Of a stretch of DNA of 64,000 nucleotides, positions 12,201 through 27,200 are shown one piece after another (the stretch's first letter is position 1; the number at the start of each line of letters is the position of its first letter). A program made the translations under genes and the position numbers. Origin of the DNA: Yuukianura sp. NJ FZ-2021 (Eukaryota); the NCBI GenBank assembly GCA_046563655.1, contig CM102289.1, positions 7,750,001-7,814,000 of the forward strand. Direction: 5' to 3'. The notes under the pieces were generated by a model, which worked only from the letters and a program-made list of their open reading frames with translations, ran no database searches and was not told where the DNA came from.

Positions 12201-15200
12201 GAGGAGTAGCAAAACCTAGGTTCAAAAAGCCGCGCTTAAACCAAACTTTTCAAAATGCGTAACTGTTGTTCATTAGCCGAAGTATGATGTGTACAAACAC
12301 AAGTTCGACCATTGTCAAGAGATAGCGGTAAATTCAAAAAAGTGTAGAGAAAGTTTACTTTCATTGAGTAAATTAGTGAAGATGTGATAATTAGACAAAG
12401 CCCCTTGACAGTCAGAGTTTGTTTTAATTATAACAAAGAAATGGAGCTTGTTGTTGTTAATGAGGCGGATTTTTACTCATGTTTTCTGTAAGCTCCTGAG
12501 ACTTTGTTGTTGATTTATAAACTTGTTTGTAAATGAAACTTAATTATTGTAAACAATTTAGCGTGTGTAGAGAGTTTCTTTTAATTAAGAAAATAATCTC
12601 ACCTGGTAGAGTTACAATTTGATTCTCCGTTGCGCTCAACGTCACTTTGTTCATCTTAATTTCTGAAAACAAGAATTAAAATTAGTACTTATTGTTAGAA
12701 GTTAAAATTTTATTAGTTTTCGAAAATCCTTATTTTTTCTCAAATTTGTTTCAAAATTTTCCGCCGTCACAAAATTAGGTTTTAAAGGCACTTAAGTCAT
12801 GTTACTTTTCAACAGTTTTCTCCGAGTGTTTGACCTGTCTACTCGCAAATGCCACGCAGCATGGGAATCGTGAAAGTAGAAAGCACGTATAAAGACGCTT
12901 CTACTTTTTGAATCAAGCAAAACTTGTAAAAATCGGTAAATTCTTTTAAAAAAATTTAAAAGAATTTACATGCTCATTTAAAAAAATCATTTTTAACAAA
13001 ATGCAATGGTTTTCGAAAATGGAGTTAGAAATTGACCACATTATGACAGTGGGCAGTCGCTGAAACTGCCGTTTTATGTACATGTGACTCATCTCCTAAT
13101 GTGTCCTATCAACTTTTTAGGTTTAAAAGTTACTGTCAAGTATATTTTTAGCCTGTAGTGGCCCCTGACTCACGACTCTGTCACAGTCATCGCATTTTGA
13201 AAAAGCCGCTTTCGAATTGATTTGTTGTGTTGTGACTCTCAACTTTCTACTTGAGCTAATTCAGTAAACATGTCATCCAGAGGACAAGTAGCCCAAAATA
13301 TCAATAATCATCAGCCTCAGTAGTCAGCAGTGAGTCTCCAGACTCTAGAAAATATTGGAGACGCGACAGAGGCGCAGCAGGATGTTAGCGTAGGGGTGAT
13401 GATGGTCCAGAACACAGTTTGTTATATTCAAAATTCAGCGGTTTGTGATCTATCATCTTCCCACAGCAGGGAGGTTTGTTGATCGATTTCATGCTAAGTA
13501 AGTTCTGGTAGGGGGAGAAAGCATTGTCCTCTAAGCGTTCGAAAGCGGTTCATTTCCAACGTTTCTCCAAAATTGTTAGGCTATACTCCATGTATTTTTG
13601 AGGTAAGGTGTATATTTTACGGAAGGAAAAGAAAGTGCGGGTTCTTTTGAACCTAGTGCATACTATATATTTTATTTGTGTGTTTGATATTATTATGAAC
13701 AGTGTAGTTCTATATGAAAGAGAGAACCATGCGGTGAGACGACGTTTTACTAGAAAACTGGAGAAGTAGAAAATATTTTGTAGATTTTCTAGACGAGTGG
13801 CTGGAGTTTAGGCTACGGAGTGGAGACTTTTTAAAGAAAGAGAGAGGGTGATAAATAATGGGAAGAAAGGGAAAGTGCATCGAGGCAGGAAATATGGCGG
13901 AAGAACGGAATGACAATCCATTTACACTGTAGAATCCAAAGGCTCTTAGTCTTTGGATCACAATCACTCTTCATAAAAGAATCCCAGGCAAGATCATCTT
14001 CCAAAGATGAGAAAAAGTGTATCACCAAATCCACTACTTACAGTCTACCGTTCGACTATTTTCAATTTTTGATTTTTCAATACTCCCCGCCCAAGTTTCG
14101 TTTGAAACTGAAGGCTTTCAAAAAAAAAGTTGGTAGAAAACTTTCAATTTTTATCCTACAAAGAAAAAAGTCCAGTTTGGCGTTTAAAAAACGGAACAAA
14201 TTAATACAGCGTTGAACGAACATAACTTCGAGCCAACAAATTACGTACAGGCATATGCGTATATGATTTGGCACGCTTTTGATTTTTCAAAATTTTGAAA
14301 TTTGAAAAAAGATTACCGTGGACTCGAATGCTTTCTTCGGCTCGTCCAATGGAATTGGTTGCTAAGCAGTTGTAGATTCCGATGTCCTTGCGAGAAAAAT
14401 TGCGGATAGTGAGCCTCATGAACACTTTGTACGAAATTCTCGTTTCTTCAATCACGTATTTGGAACTGCAAATTCAAGTTCAAGGTTAAATGAGTGGGAC
14501 AAATCTACAAGACGTTGTAGATTTCATAAAGAAAATTTTGAGAAATTTTAAAAGGCATAGAAGATTTTTTTTTAAAACTTGAGTACCAGCATTGTAAAAA
14601 TTTAAAAATTGGCGTTATGAAACGGAAAACCGTTAAAGCGTATCCCTCCAAGCGTTTGTATGGACTTATAATGATTATAAATCGTTGTAAAGTTTCACTT
14701 TAAGGCGCCACATTTTGAACCAAGCGGAGAAAGTTTGTTAAGGCGCTAAGGAAAAAGTACCCTGCTGCGTTTCGACTTTCAGTTTCATACTGTGCAGTAC
14801 TAATTGCCTTCCGCACTGTGAAACTACGGTTTGGCTAAACCTAACCTGTCTAATCTTCCATCATCTTCTCCCGTTTTACTTAAAAATGGAAACTACACGC
14901 TAGTTTCTTTGCGAAAGAAGGAAATCCGTAATTTGAGAAAGTGAAAGTTTAACCTTGGATTAATAAATTCATAGCCCACATCAGAGTACTTTTCTTGTGG
15001 TGAAAGTTAGGGTTAAAAGGTGCTAAGTGAAATAAATGATTTATGTAATGGAAAATGACCTATTTTTCAGCCCTAACCCGTCAATGAGCATTTCACCGCG
15101 ATTCTTCATCCAGTAGCTGAAAGCCTTTGGGCATGCTTCAACATGACACTCCAGAACGACCGTGTCACCCAACGGAGATCCAAGAAGTTGACTCGGAACT

Positions 15201-18200
15201 TTTATCAAAGGAGAAACTGCAATACAGACACACAACATCAGGATCTGACAAGGTCAAATGTCAAAAACCGAAAATCGGGTGTTTCAAAGTATCGAAAGCA
15301 AAAAAATTCCGCGGAAGAGACTTCTTTCATTTAAAATTTAGTTGTCAAACTTTAGAAAGTTAGATTTAAACTAAATCTTTGAATTCTGCTTCTAGATTGC
15401 ATCTAACTTGGTGTGATTGCCTACATGGTACTAAAAATTCAAAAGAAAAAATAAAATTGCAGTTGGTTTTGGCAAAATTGTTTTGCTTTCTGAGTTATTG
15501 TTTGGCTCTGTCCGTTTAAATTCTTTGGGAGACAATGGATTTTTGACTCAGAATTGATTTGAGCCAAGGCAGTTGACAGAAATGAAGGGGCTGTCAGTCT
15601 GAAGATGTTTTCTTTTGAGCCAACTGAACTGTGTTGGGAAATGGGACTGTATGAACAGATTTGTCAAGGAGGATTCCCTCATATTGGCAGAGAAAGACCC
15701 AGAGAAAGTGGGATTCCATTGGAGTCTCAATAGACGCTGAATGAAATACTACTTTCATTCCCTCTTCAAAAGAAATCTCTCTCCTTGTGTCATGAGGTAC
15801 ACATACAGTGTCACCCACAATTTCCAGTTTCAGCGAAACTACAAAAACTACAAATGGAGCAATCTGATTGGCCAGGATCACTTAAACCACGTCATGATTG
15901 GCTACATGCTATCAAAACTAAATTAACTAACGTTTAACAAAATGAGGGACACTCAAAATTTTTTAGTTGGAGAGAGAACGTGAAACTGAAAAACGTTACT
16001 AGCCATGTATTTTTGCTCTTTTCGATTTACAACTTAACTGGAGAAAAGGAATGTCACAAATTAAATGGATTCGTTATCATTAGTTGTCGGGGAAGAGTCA
16101 AGGAGTCATCCATTTTTCTACTCCAATATAATTAATTGCTACAGAAAGTTCTGCCAAAAATCTATTCTTCAATATGCTTTCAACCAAAAGCCAAAAAATT
16201 GCAATGAGCATCCAATAAATTTGTGAAGAGGTCAAAGGTGACATGCTTTGTTCAACTTTTGTTGAATCAGAGCAAACTCTTTGTCCTTCAATCACATGAC
16301 CATAAAAAATCCTCAACTAAAAATTAGAAAATCGGTTTTCAATAATTTGGTTGTTCTATTTTCTTGTGTGCAAATTTTGACAACTTACAGTTGACGTCGA
16401 GTGTAATCCGTTTGGAAACGGCTGGAGGAACGTCATTGCTAGCTGAAAAACAGAAAAGAAAAACGTAAACAAGGAAGGAAGAGATATGGAAGTTGTTAAT
16501 TGGACCGGGAGGAAGAGGCTATTTGAAAAAGAGGCGGGAAATGCAATTAAAGAAAGTAATTTAAAAGTTAAGTGAAAGTGGAGAAAGTCTTTTTGGGCTA
16601 AAGTTTCCTCCTAACGTAGTTGCTTCTGTAAGTACAAGTTGAGAAGACTAACCAATACACAGGAAAGTTCCCATTTGCTTTCTGTCCAGTCGAATGAACT
16701 GCAGAGTGTCTCCAGTGAGATTTTCAAAACCTAAAAAAGAGAAAGAAAAAAGAATTTTTTTTTGAAACCAAAGCACGCATCAAAAACTCATTTCATTTCA
16801 TCACATTTTTATACTTTTTTAGTTTCTACACCCTCTGCAGAAAGATGCTCCTACAAACAAGCAGGAAAACAGAGGAAATCCAAACGCGATTTTCCAAGTT
16901 TGAACGTGTAATAACTTACTCCTTTTTGCTCTTTTTTTTTACTTTCTTTTTCTTCTGATGGGAACAATTTTTCTCATTTCAGTTTCAGGTTTTAAAATGG
17001 AAAAAACTTTTTCAGAAAACTTTCTTTTGAAATTGTCTTTAAATGAAGCATTTTGGGCCTCCAAATAATAGTGCTGTGATGTGGTCATCAAAGTAAAAGT
17101 TCTAAGGAATCCCACTCACGATTTTCCCGGTTCAAATGAAAAGCCCGCCAAAAATAGTCTTTTCGTGTGAGCTGTATAAAAATTGGGTGCTGAAGGAAAT
17201 TTAAGTGATGAGAAAGCTATTAGGGAATGGGTTAGCATCTGGGACCGACGACCAAAGAAGAAGCTTTTCATACGTTAGGTTATAGAGAGAGTCTTTTAGG
17301 TTAGGCAAGTTAGGTTTTAGGGTATTCAAGAAAACAGTAAGTTAGGAACTGGATTTGCATTTTCTTGTATAAATTTGGGTGGAGAAAGTCTAGTTTCAGA
17401 GCTCACTAACTCTGGAGTTCAAATTACACTTCCGCTGGAACAGAACAAAAGAATGGAAACGACACTACTTACTTTCACTTGACTCTTAATCCATTGCCCT
17501 CTTCATATTAAGAAACAATTTCAACAGCCAAAGTACTACACTACTTGTTACAAAATCCATTTCATGTTAACTACAAAATTAAATGCTAAAGTGGCTAAAA
17601 GAAATAAGCTTAAATAACTTTCCAGCCATGAATTCAAATTGGTCTAAAACGGAAATTTTAGAAGCTTTCTATATCTTTCTAATGAAAACGAAAAAAGAAT
17701 TTGGCGCAGTAAAATGAATTTTTTGGGTCGTATTTTGTTAAGTAAAGAAAAGAAACTTTCTTTTGTGGAGTTATAGAAAATAATGGTGTGAAATTAGGTG
17801 ATAAATTGAGGACTGCGGGAGAAAGTGAGTGAAAGTGAGTCCGTGCCTCCCCCTGAACTGCAAACTCCAATGTTTGAGCTTGGTAGTGTTATGTTAGTTT
17901 TTTTTTAGAGTCCTGCTGCTTGCTGTACCTTTAGAGTTGTGCTTAGCCTCCTTAATGTTTACCTTTATAGACGTCTCTGAATCCACGTCTCAGGATAATT
18001 TTCTCACCGTCTTCCCTCTTCCAAGTGATTTTAGGTTCTGGATGTCCCGTAGCTCTGCAGTGTAATGTCGCATTATCCCCTTCTCTCACTGTTAAATCCG
18101 AGCTTGTCTCGGCGTCAATGATATTCGGAGAAACTGCAACCAGAATTACATAGGGTAATCAAACTATGGAAACATTTGGAAACTTAGTTTCTAACCAAAC

Positions 18201-21200
18201 AGGCTTTCTCCGTTGCAAAAGTAACAGCATGATGCATTTTAATCATCATTTTGACTCAGGGATGCAAGGTTAGAGCACTCTGGGGTGCTTGGGGAGAGCT
18301 TTTTTTTAGTTTTTAAAAGTTTTGAAAATAAAACGAAAATTTTTTTTGAAGAAAACGATCCCTGTGTAACATCAAAAGAGAAAGAATAATTACTTTTTCT
18401 CCTGCTCAAGTTCTAATGATTATCTTGTTAACAAAAATTATTCTTAGAAGATCCGCGTCTTCTCTCGCGTTTTTAGTTTTTACAAAGATCTCATCATCAT
18501 AAAAGATCCATTGCACAAGCGGCGCTCTGACGTTGTCACTTTCTCCACTTTTCACGGTTTTTTTTTTCAAAAAACTACAACAAAGTTCAAGTTTCAAAAG
18601 TTCCGCTTTTTTGTTGGTTTCGTATTACCCGCTTTAGGAATTTTAAATCCCGTGAAATTTTAAGACTCATCGAGAGCAGAATCTCATGCTATTTGAAAAG
18701 CTGCAGTAAAAGTTGTAAGTTTTAGTTTAATTTTGATTTAGTGTTAAACTTAAACGGGAATTTCAAAATTTAGGTTCGGGTGCGGCAAATTGAATGAAGA
18801 CATTTCGTTATTTTTTGGTTATCAAATCTATCACTTTGTTTTCATTTTGTGTTTTTGTTTCAGTTTTTTTGAAAAGTTAATTTAGTTATTCTGAAATGTT
18901 GTTGTGGTTCTTGACGTGTCTTTTCCCAGTGTCAAATTCAATTAAAATCTTAATTTATGCCGTTGTCAAGAAGGAGCCTGGAGAAAGTTAAGAAGCTTTC
19001 GAACTTTATTAGGCGGGAGAGAAAGCACAACTTTCTCCAATAAACACACAGCCCAAGTTCCACTAAAGTTTTTATGTGTTGTGTTGCACGAGACTCCTAC
19101 TGTACAGCCTTTTTGCAGGGCTTAGGGTGACGACATTAAGATCTCTATGGAATTTCTTCTTTTAAAAGAAAAAAGAAAGCTTGAGCTTAGAGCCACCCCT
19201 TCCTCTTCTCATATCTGCTCTAAAATAAATCATTTCCTTCACCCTAATACCACCGTGTCACTTTTACGGCAAAACTTATGCAACTTCTCATAGGAAGAAA
19301 GGAGAGACAGCACAAGGAAAAAGAAAGTTTATTACAAAAGTACAGCAGAAACTGAAGCTACTCATTTACACTTTTCTGGGTCGTATTTCATACAATATAA
19401 CTTCGATTCAAAAAGTATACAGGGAAAATAGCAGAAGGAAAACGAAATTTTGAGATTTGATGCGGGAAATTTTGAGTTTTGTGTGGAGATCGGACGTAGT
19501 GCATAGTGTACTGACAGAAAGTCACACTAATGTTCAATCAATCAGAGTGAATGCGTTTTGGTTGTTTTAATTAATTACGCGCTTCGTGTCATCTTTGCCG
19601 CAGAAAGGAACTTTGGCTTGTCTTCTTGTCGGCTCGTCTTTGAAAACTTTGAAAACTTTCGACATGTTTGAACAAGGTGTTGAACTGAATCAAAGCAACG
19701 CCTTTGACCTTTGACCTCGAGCGCTGTTTTAACTTTCACTTGGCTCTTGAACAGGGTTTTAACATTGAGGACAAACGTACTTGTGACATGTTTCATTGAA
19801 ATACAATAACATTCCTTTCAGATAAGTTCCAAATTCTGAAACTGTTCATATTTAGCTTGATTTTTCAATTTTGAAAAGTTTTGGTTATGCTTTCCTTTGT
19901 TTGGAAACGTTGTGAGTTGAATTTTAATTGAATTCTGGGAGCGATAAGAAAACGGAGGAAGTGTTTAAATTATTTTAAACAAAAAGTTTGTTATTTCTGG
20001 AAGTCGTTGGGATACGGTTGTTTTGCTGTTCTGTTTCTTTTTTTTCAAAAAAGTTAGAATTTTTCTTTTTTTTAGAAAAGTGAAAAGGCATTGTTCTTTT
20101 TACCGCAAAGTTTTGGCTATTTGACAGGAATAATAAAAGTTTGTTATAAACTAAATTGAAACCCTCCGCATGACTTGTGTTTGTTATGAGTTTTAGTTAA
20201 TTAAATTTTGAAAACTGAAAAGAACATTTTTGTGCTGTATTTCCAAAAGTCAAAAAGTTTTGACTTCAATTTATTTTTAGAACGGTGCCTTTTGTTCAAA
20301 CAATGTTCAAATATTTGAAGAAATTGGACTTACGCTGAACGTCAATACATCCCAACTGCTTCCTCATGATTGCCGTATTGATTTGACACCTAAAAGACAA
20401 GCGGAATCGTGGGAATTGAAGCATGAGCGTTTGAACTGACAAGCTCATTCTCTATTTTCGACTTACTCGAATGTACAGCGTTGCTCAAAATCTTTGAGAG
20501 TATATTTTGAAGTGAAAGTTCTTGTTGTTTAGTACTTTGAGACTAAAAGTTGTTGAGCAAGCTGTACATTCAGTACTGTAGACTGTGTTACTTACATGTA
20601 ACATCCTCGATCACTCTGTCGAACTTGTCTTAAATGCAGATTCCACGTTTGCATTCCATCATGAGTAAAGCTTACACGGGTATTGTGTGTAACAACTTTG
20701 GAGTCAAGTATCAAAATTGTCTGATCTTCTGCTCGGATCCATGCTACCTGAAATTTCAAAAAAAGAAATTCAATGTGCATTTCAAAAAAAAATTTACGTC
20801 AAGTTCGACAACTCTAAAACCCTCGGTATATTTTGAAATCAAAACGATAATGAGTTCAACTTTGAATTTCACTCTCTCGCTTAAAATACTTCAAAGTTTT
20901 TAGAAAAACAAAAAACAAAAATCTCAAAGTTTAAACAGAAATTATTGTTTTAGTGTAAATGCGATATTCTAAGAGCGGTTTTAGCATTTTTTTCTTCTTT
21001 GGTGTCATAACACATCTAAAGTGAAAGTGTTTGAAGGGTGGGGCGGGAGTAGTGAAGATAAAGCGTCCTTTGTACATGAAAAATAAGGGCGGGAAGTTTT
21101 GAATTGCCGCCGAATGTTTTTTGAAAATGTGGAGAAAGGAAAGTGAAAGCATGTGCCATAAACTGGGTCATTCCCCTCCCTAAGTGTGAATAATCTTTGT

Positions 21201-24200
21201 CTTTGTGGACCTCTTCAGTGTTATTATTATGTTTTGCCAAGGGACCTCAACTGCCAACCATAAGGAATACCTTATGCTTTCACCCTCCTCCACTGAGCAA
21301 CTCAATGGACAAAAGAACCAAATTAAATGACTCCTACAACTATGCTTGGAAATAAAACAACGAACGAGCTGGTTTAAAAAAGGAAAAAAAATATTGTTTT
21401 TTTTTCTGCCCTGCTTTGTAGAAATTCTCCGGTTTGGTGGCAATTTATTTTCAAAAAATCAATTCAAATTTCCTTTCAAGTTTTCTGCAATTGGCCAAAA
21501 TTTGTTTTAATTTTTTGGCTACAAAATTTCATGCAACTAGCAACTGGCGACGTACGTTTGAAATAGCACCACTTCACTTTCACTATGAAAATGCATTCGA
21601 ATGTAAAAGTTTTGTTTAGATCGATGCTACATGCTACTTTGTTGGCTTGAAGGTAACTAAAAACTGCACAGTCCAAGTGCAATGTCATGTCTCTCTGTTC
21701 AAACTTTCTTTTTGTTGCATTTTGGAATAGGACATTTCGGAGAGAAAGTAAAACCGAAATTAAAACCTCTTAAAATAATTTGAAACTCTTGTAACTCTCC
21801 CTTCCACCTCAACCACATTGGATTTGCTCCATTAAATTCCAACATCTTTTTAACTACGTTCTGCACTACTTTCACCTCCACCACTAACCATTACTTTTGA
21901 TGCAATGATTCCGAGAAGGTGAAAGTGAATTCCTTTTAACTGCTGTTTTATCTTTTTGCACTGAACCCTTTTTTCGTGCCAAACATTGAATTTAATTTGG
22001 TGATTTTGGGTTTATACATTGTTGTTGTTTTTTTGCAAGGAACTGAACTGTAACGGGAGTATTTTTTTCAAACTGCTTTGTTATTTTTGCTTTTGTTGAA
22101 GAAAGTGTAGTTTTAGATTTTGTTAGGGTATGCTAGGTTATGTTAGGTAAGGAACTTCAGAAGCTGTTGAAATACATTACAATCTGAAAGTTTGCAATGG
22201 ACTATTACGGCGTCCTTTCTGTTCACGCATTATTTCGATGCGCTTCGCTGTGTTCTCCATGTCCATAACCGGAGAAAGCAAAATTTGGTCGTTTCTTTCC
22301 GTTTACAGTGTGATCAAACAATTTCAAACTTCACTTTCTCCCCTTTATTTGCTAAATTTTGAAAAATTTTACTTTTTAACAAATGCATGTACACTAGCTT
22401 GTCAAGCGCTAGTATTTGGCTAGAGTTTAAAAATTTTTACTGGTTTTGTTCTGTAGTTTGTGAACTAAAAACATTTCTGTGAGTGTTGTACTTTTTTATA
22501 GGTAAAGTTTTGGCGGAATTTGGTGACTAACTCTGAATTTTTGGTGTTTTGTGTTTGTAAGGATGAATCAAATAGTGGAATGTGTGCGTAGGGATTTTAT
22601 GGCCCAGAGCAGAGACCGATTACAATGAATTTTTGTCACATAAAACAAGGGCGGAATGTCTCACTTTGTGGTTGAGTCTATTTTCAAATGCGCATAAGTA
22701 AATAAGCAACTTTCTTTGTTCAGAACACGATTTCAAAACAAAAACAATGCAGCAGTATACTAAAATAAAGTTTGAACTTACTTTGTATTTCCCCAAGTTG
22801 GAAACGACACAGGAAAGAATTGCTTCTCGACCTGCTGGAACTGTCACATTCTTGATCTTTTCTACAAAGTCAGGTTCTCCGTTAAATCCTGCTCCTAAAC
22901 TCTCCGGAAACGCATCTAAAATTCAACAAAAATTGCATTTATAAATTATTGTTCAGTTTTTTCAAAATTTTTTGCAAATCAATCACAACCTGTAAATTTA
23001 AAAAAACCGCCCCCTTTTATCAAAATTTCAAATATGTTGCGTTGTTCTAGTTTTGTTTTCAAGAAATTGAAAAGTGTCACTTTGTTTGAAATTTTTGTCT
23101 TTTTTTCAAACATCACGCCCCTAATCTAGGGCATTTTTTATTTTGACAATTTTGAGCCTTCTCATCTCATTCTGACATTGCAAATCCACGAATAACTTTG
23201 ACTTTGCGAAGTTTTGACACAAATGAAAAAAATGTCAAGCCATATGAATCGATTCTCAGCCTTAGAATTGCAAGTTAATGATGCCGAAGCCCAACTCTGC
23301 TCTTTTTGAAAAAAAAAGTTCAAATTTGAAATTTGGAAAAAGAAAAATTGGAAAAGTCTACTTATTCAATTCACTCAATTAGTCACTTTCAAAATTAAGT
23401 TCAAGACTTTGTGTAGAAGAAAACACGAGAAAAGAATTGGGAGTGGAGGAAGTTGGGCTTTCGTTGAAGAAATGAATTGAAATTATCCACAAAAAAGAAA
23501 AGTGTAATTTATAAAAGATTTCATTTCAGTTCCTTTCACTTTCTCCTCTTTCCATTTTCTTTTTTTCAAAAAGACTTTTTTAGAAAACCAAACCAAAATC
23601 ACCACGCTCAGCCTCCTTCTCTTGACATTAGGAAAAACCAAATCCCACTTCCAAATCTTCTGGGGAGCAGAAAAAAGTTTCTGATTCATTTAGAAGCGTT
23701 AGTCAAATTTAACTAATAACAAATGGAAATTGGAGTTGAAGCGTGGAGAAAGCTCTCGTTTTATTCGACTGCTTTCTCCTATGCTCACAAAAACCTAACA
23801 TAGCCTTTGCTTTCAGTCTAACTTAAACTAACCTAACGTAGCTTTCGCATCTCAAGTTGCCTTTCTCGGAGAAACTCAGTCATTCATTTCATTCAATCAC
23901 ATCTGCTCTGAGACTTCACCCAGTTCTAATTCATACACACCGAGGCGTGTAACCCACAAAAAAATTCAGACAAAAATTTCTCGCTTTTTTATTTTTCAGA
24001 TTGTATAAGGAAAAAGTACATGTAATTTAACAATTGCACAAGATTTGATTACTCTTGCTTTGGATTGTAGGATTTTATGTAAAACAAAAAAAATCCAAAG
24101 TTGGAAAATCATAAGGTGGAGTAATTTGGCAAGAAATTTTGGCAATTTGCTTTTCGTAGAAAAAATAAAATTTTCATGTGCAAATACCGAAAGCCCAGAA

Positions 24201-27200
24201 TTTCTAGATGTTCAGGTTAAGGAAAACAGAAGAAAAATAGAATTATGCTAAATTAGACACCACATAAAATACAAAGAAAATTACAAATTCTAAAAAAGTT
24301 GGGCTTAAAAGGTCTCACGCATTTTTCTTCAAAACGGAGAGATGTGCGAATCATGTTTTTCGGGTTCAAAATTAGCTTCAATTGGTTTTTGCTTGATTAA
24401 AAAAGCAACTTTTTTTTTTTACAAACATTAAAATTTTGGTGTCGGTAGTCGTGCGATTACAATGCATAACTATGAATCCTTGCAGAAGTTTGCTTTTAAT
24501 TTTCCTTTAAATTGTATGAAGTTAATGAAGATACGAATTATGGAGTTAAGCATTCAAAGATCTGTAAATATAATGGGCAAGATCGAGAAATTTCTGGCGT
24601 TTTTGTTGCTAACACTGCACGGGTGCGTGGCCTTATTTTGAGAATGAAGCGTAATTGATGGGATCGCCTTTCTTTTGCTATGTTTATCTGGGCTGATGGA
24701 GAACGTGATTCTGAGCAGATCAGCTCTTATAAGTGCCCGAAGTTCCAGAAAAAGGCGGGGAGTTGGTTCCATTTCAAGAAAAAATAGATCGCCTCGTACC
24801 AGGAAATGCACCGTATATGTCTAAAACCGCTGGCGATTTGAACCTCTCCAGAACCTCGTAGAGTCTTCTGGAAAATTTTTGGGCCATGATGATCTCAATG
24901 ACAGGAGTGAAAGATGCATCTTGCAGTTTGCACTCCTCAAGCATTATTTACAAAACGTAAGATCACCCCTCAACTTGACTCTGTGTCTACACTGTTCACT
25001 TTCCGTTCATCTTGAATTTAGACAGAAAACGAACTCTTCGTCACGTTTTTCCGCAGTTCACAAATGTTTACTTAGCACATCACTGAAATCCTATCTGTTC
25101 AAGTGCATCTCAATTTCTTACTCAAAATCTCCCACTTCTTTTCCAGGATCAATTCTGTTTGTTCCTAATCTCAGATGACTCAGACCTAATGTCAACCTAA
25201 CAAAAACAAGTTAAACAAATACGACAAAAATTAAATAAGCTAAAAAATAAAATTTTGGAAAAAAGTTTCTCCTAATTTCGCCTAGCAATAACCATAATTT
25301 GGCTGTTGTGTGGGTGTAAGATGGAAATTGGAAAGGAGAACTGGGGAAAGTGAGTGTTTTTCCATTAGAGGGAGGAGCAGTTAGTAGTGAAAGTAAATTG
25401 TGTTGTAGTAGAGAAGTGTTTTGTAGTTTGGCGCCTGGGAAGAAGAAGATGAGGGTGAGTTTATGGAGGGCGGTGGGAAGTGATGCGGAAGGACCTGAGT
25501 AATTAGATTTCCTTAAAATTATTGTCGCTGATCCAAGAAACCACGCTGTGGATCCTATGGAATTACCAGTACATGTAAGGTTGGAAATGTACAATGAGAA
25601 AGTATAGTAGAGTCCCAAAGACAATAAATAGGAAAAGCACTTCTAATCTTCCTGGTCTATTTCTGGTTAGAAGCGTAATTACAACATAAGGACAAAAGGT
25701 GGCTGTACACAAAAAGAAAGCGGAGTTAGAATGGCATTGGTGGCGTTGGGGGATCCGTTTGTGTTGTCAAGGAAGAGTGAAAGTGTGGATAATGGATCAG
25801 GTCATTTATTTCTTTTTCCAAAACACTTTTGCAATTACACTTCGAAGTACAAAGACAAGTTCATTTCAGACCAATGAGAACAAGGAAGTTTGAGCGGCAA
25901 ACAAACTTGTGCTAAAAAAAATAAGAAGAATTTATGCCACTTCAACTGATTTAACCTAAACCGAAAAAATTTGGAGTCTAGTTGTTTTCTTTTTGCAAAA
26001 AGAATACACATTGTGGACAATGCCGAAAAACCTTCTTCTACCCCAAACTATTTCAAAAATGTTTTTAAAAAAAATGATCAGCGCCTAAAAACAAAAAAAA
26101 ACTGACACCATACTGACATAAGAGAGTAGTGTTACAATTGAAAAACTCAGCTTTTCTGTAGTTTCTAAAAAAATGTAGAATTTTTTGAGAAAACTTTGTT
26201 TTTGTTTTTTTGGTCAAAATTCGCACAATTTCCAAAAATTCCGAAAACGGTTGCAGCGCTGCTGGTGAATTTCCAATTTGAATTTGGAAACAAAACGGAA
26301 AGTAATTTTGAGTCTGAAGTGGATTGGAAATGAGTATTGGTTTGTTGTTCAGTTGAAACAGCATTCTGCACTAGAATTTAGAACTGCTTGGCAGTATTTT
26401 GGTAGTGTTGAGGGTAAGTGGTGGTTGTAGGAGGGATCATTACTGGAAGAGGCATCGGAATGAAGTGGAACAGAAGTACATAATGTACTTGCACTTTCCA
26501 ACACTTTCCTTTCTCCACTTTCACCCTGTGCTTTTCTTGTGGGAAAAAGAAAGTGGAGGCAATCTCCCTCCAGGAATTCAATTCTGCCACCCTCCAGTTG
26601 TTCAAACAGGAGAAAGGTAATTAACACCACTGCAGAGGCAAATGCCTTAAATCCACTTTTGTTCAAACCATTTCTTCTGTCCTGGCAGTACTTTCCAAAG
26701 CAGTGAACTTTTCCTGTTCAAAATGAAACCAAACACTACCATCAACATCACTTCGACGTTTCTCGTGACATTAGACAGGGTCAAAGGTTAAGCTTTCACA
26801 CACACAGGCTTCAATAAATTTTAAATAAAAAAAAACACCCCGTTTAAAAAATGTCGTTTTGACAAAAAAAAAATCTTTTACTGTTCACAAATTTCAAAAA
26901 AGGAATTTTAATTTATACCAACTTTCCCCCTGGTGACACTTTAGTCAAACCAAAATTAAATTTTTACCCACTTATTAACATCCCCTCTGTCAAATGACAA
27001 ACACATCTGGTATAAACTTACAACGCAAAAAAGGAATTCGTTTTCAAAATCCTATTTTTCAAAATTTTAAATTCTACCATTTTATCAAAATTCAAAATTG
27101 TGAGTGTAGCAGTACACAATATTTTTTCAAGCTAAAATTTTGAACGTCCATATCGATTTTTTTTGTCAAAATTGAAAATCAGCAATACATAAGTAACGAT

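Noticed and set aside
17925..17965. Second donor-like site (AAAG|GTACAG, minus strand) downstream of the DIP Ig2 exon
   Set aside because: Using it would include an in-frame TAA, so no productive isoform is supported.
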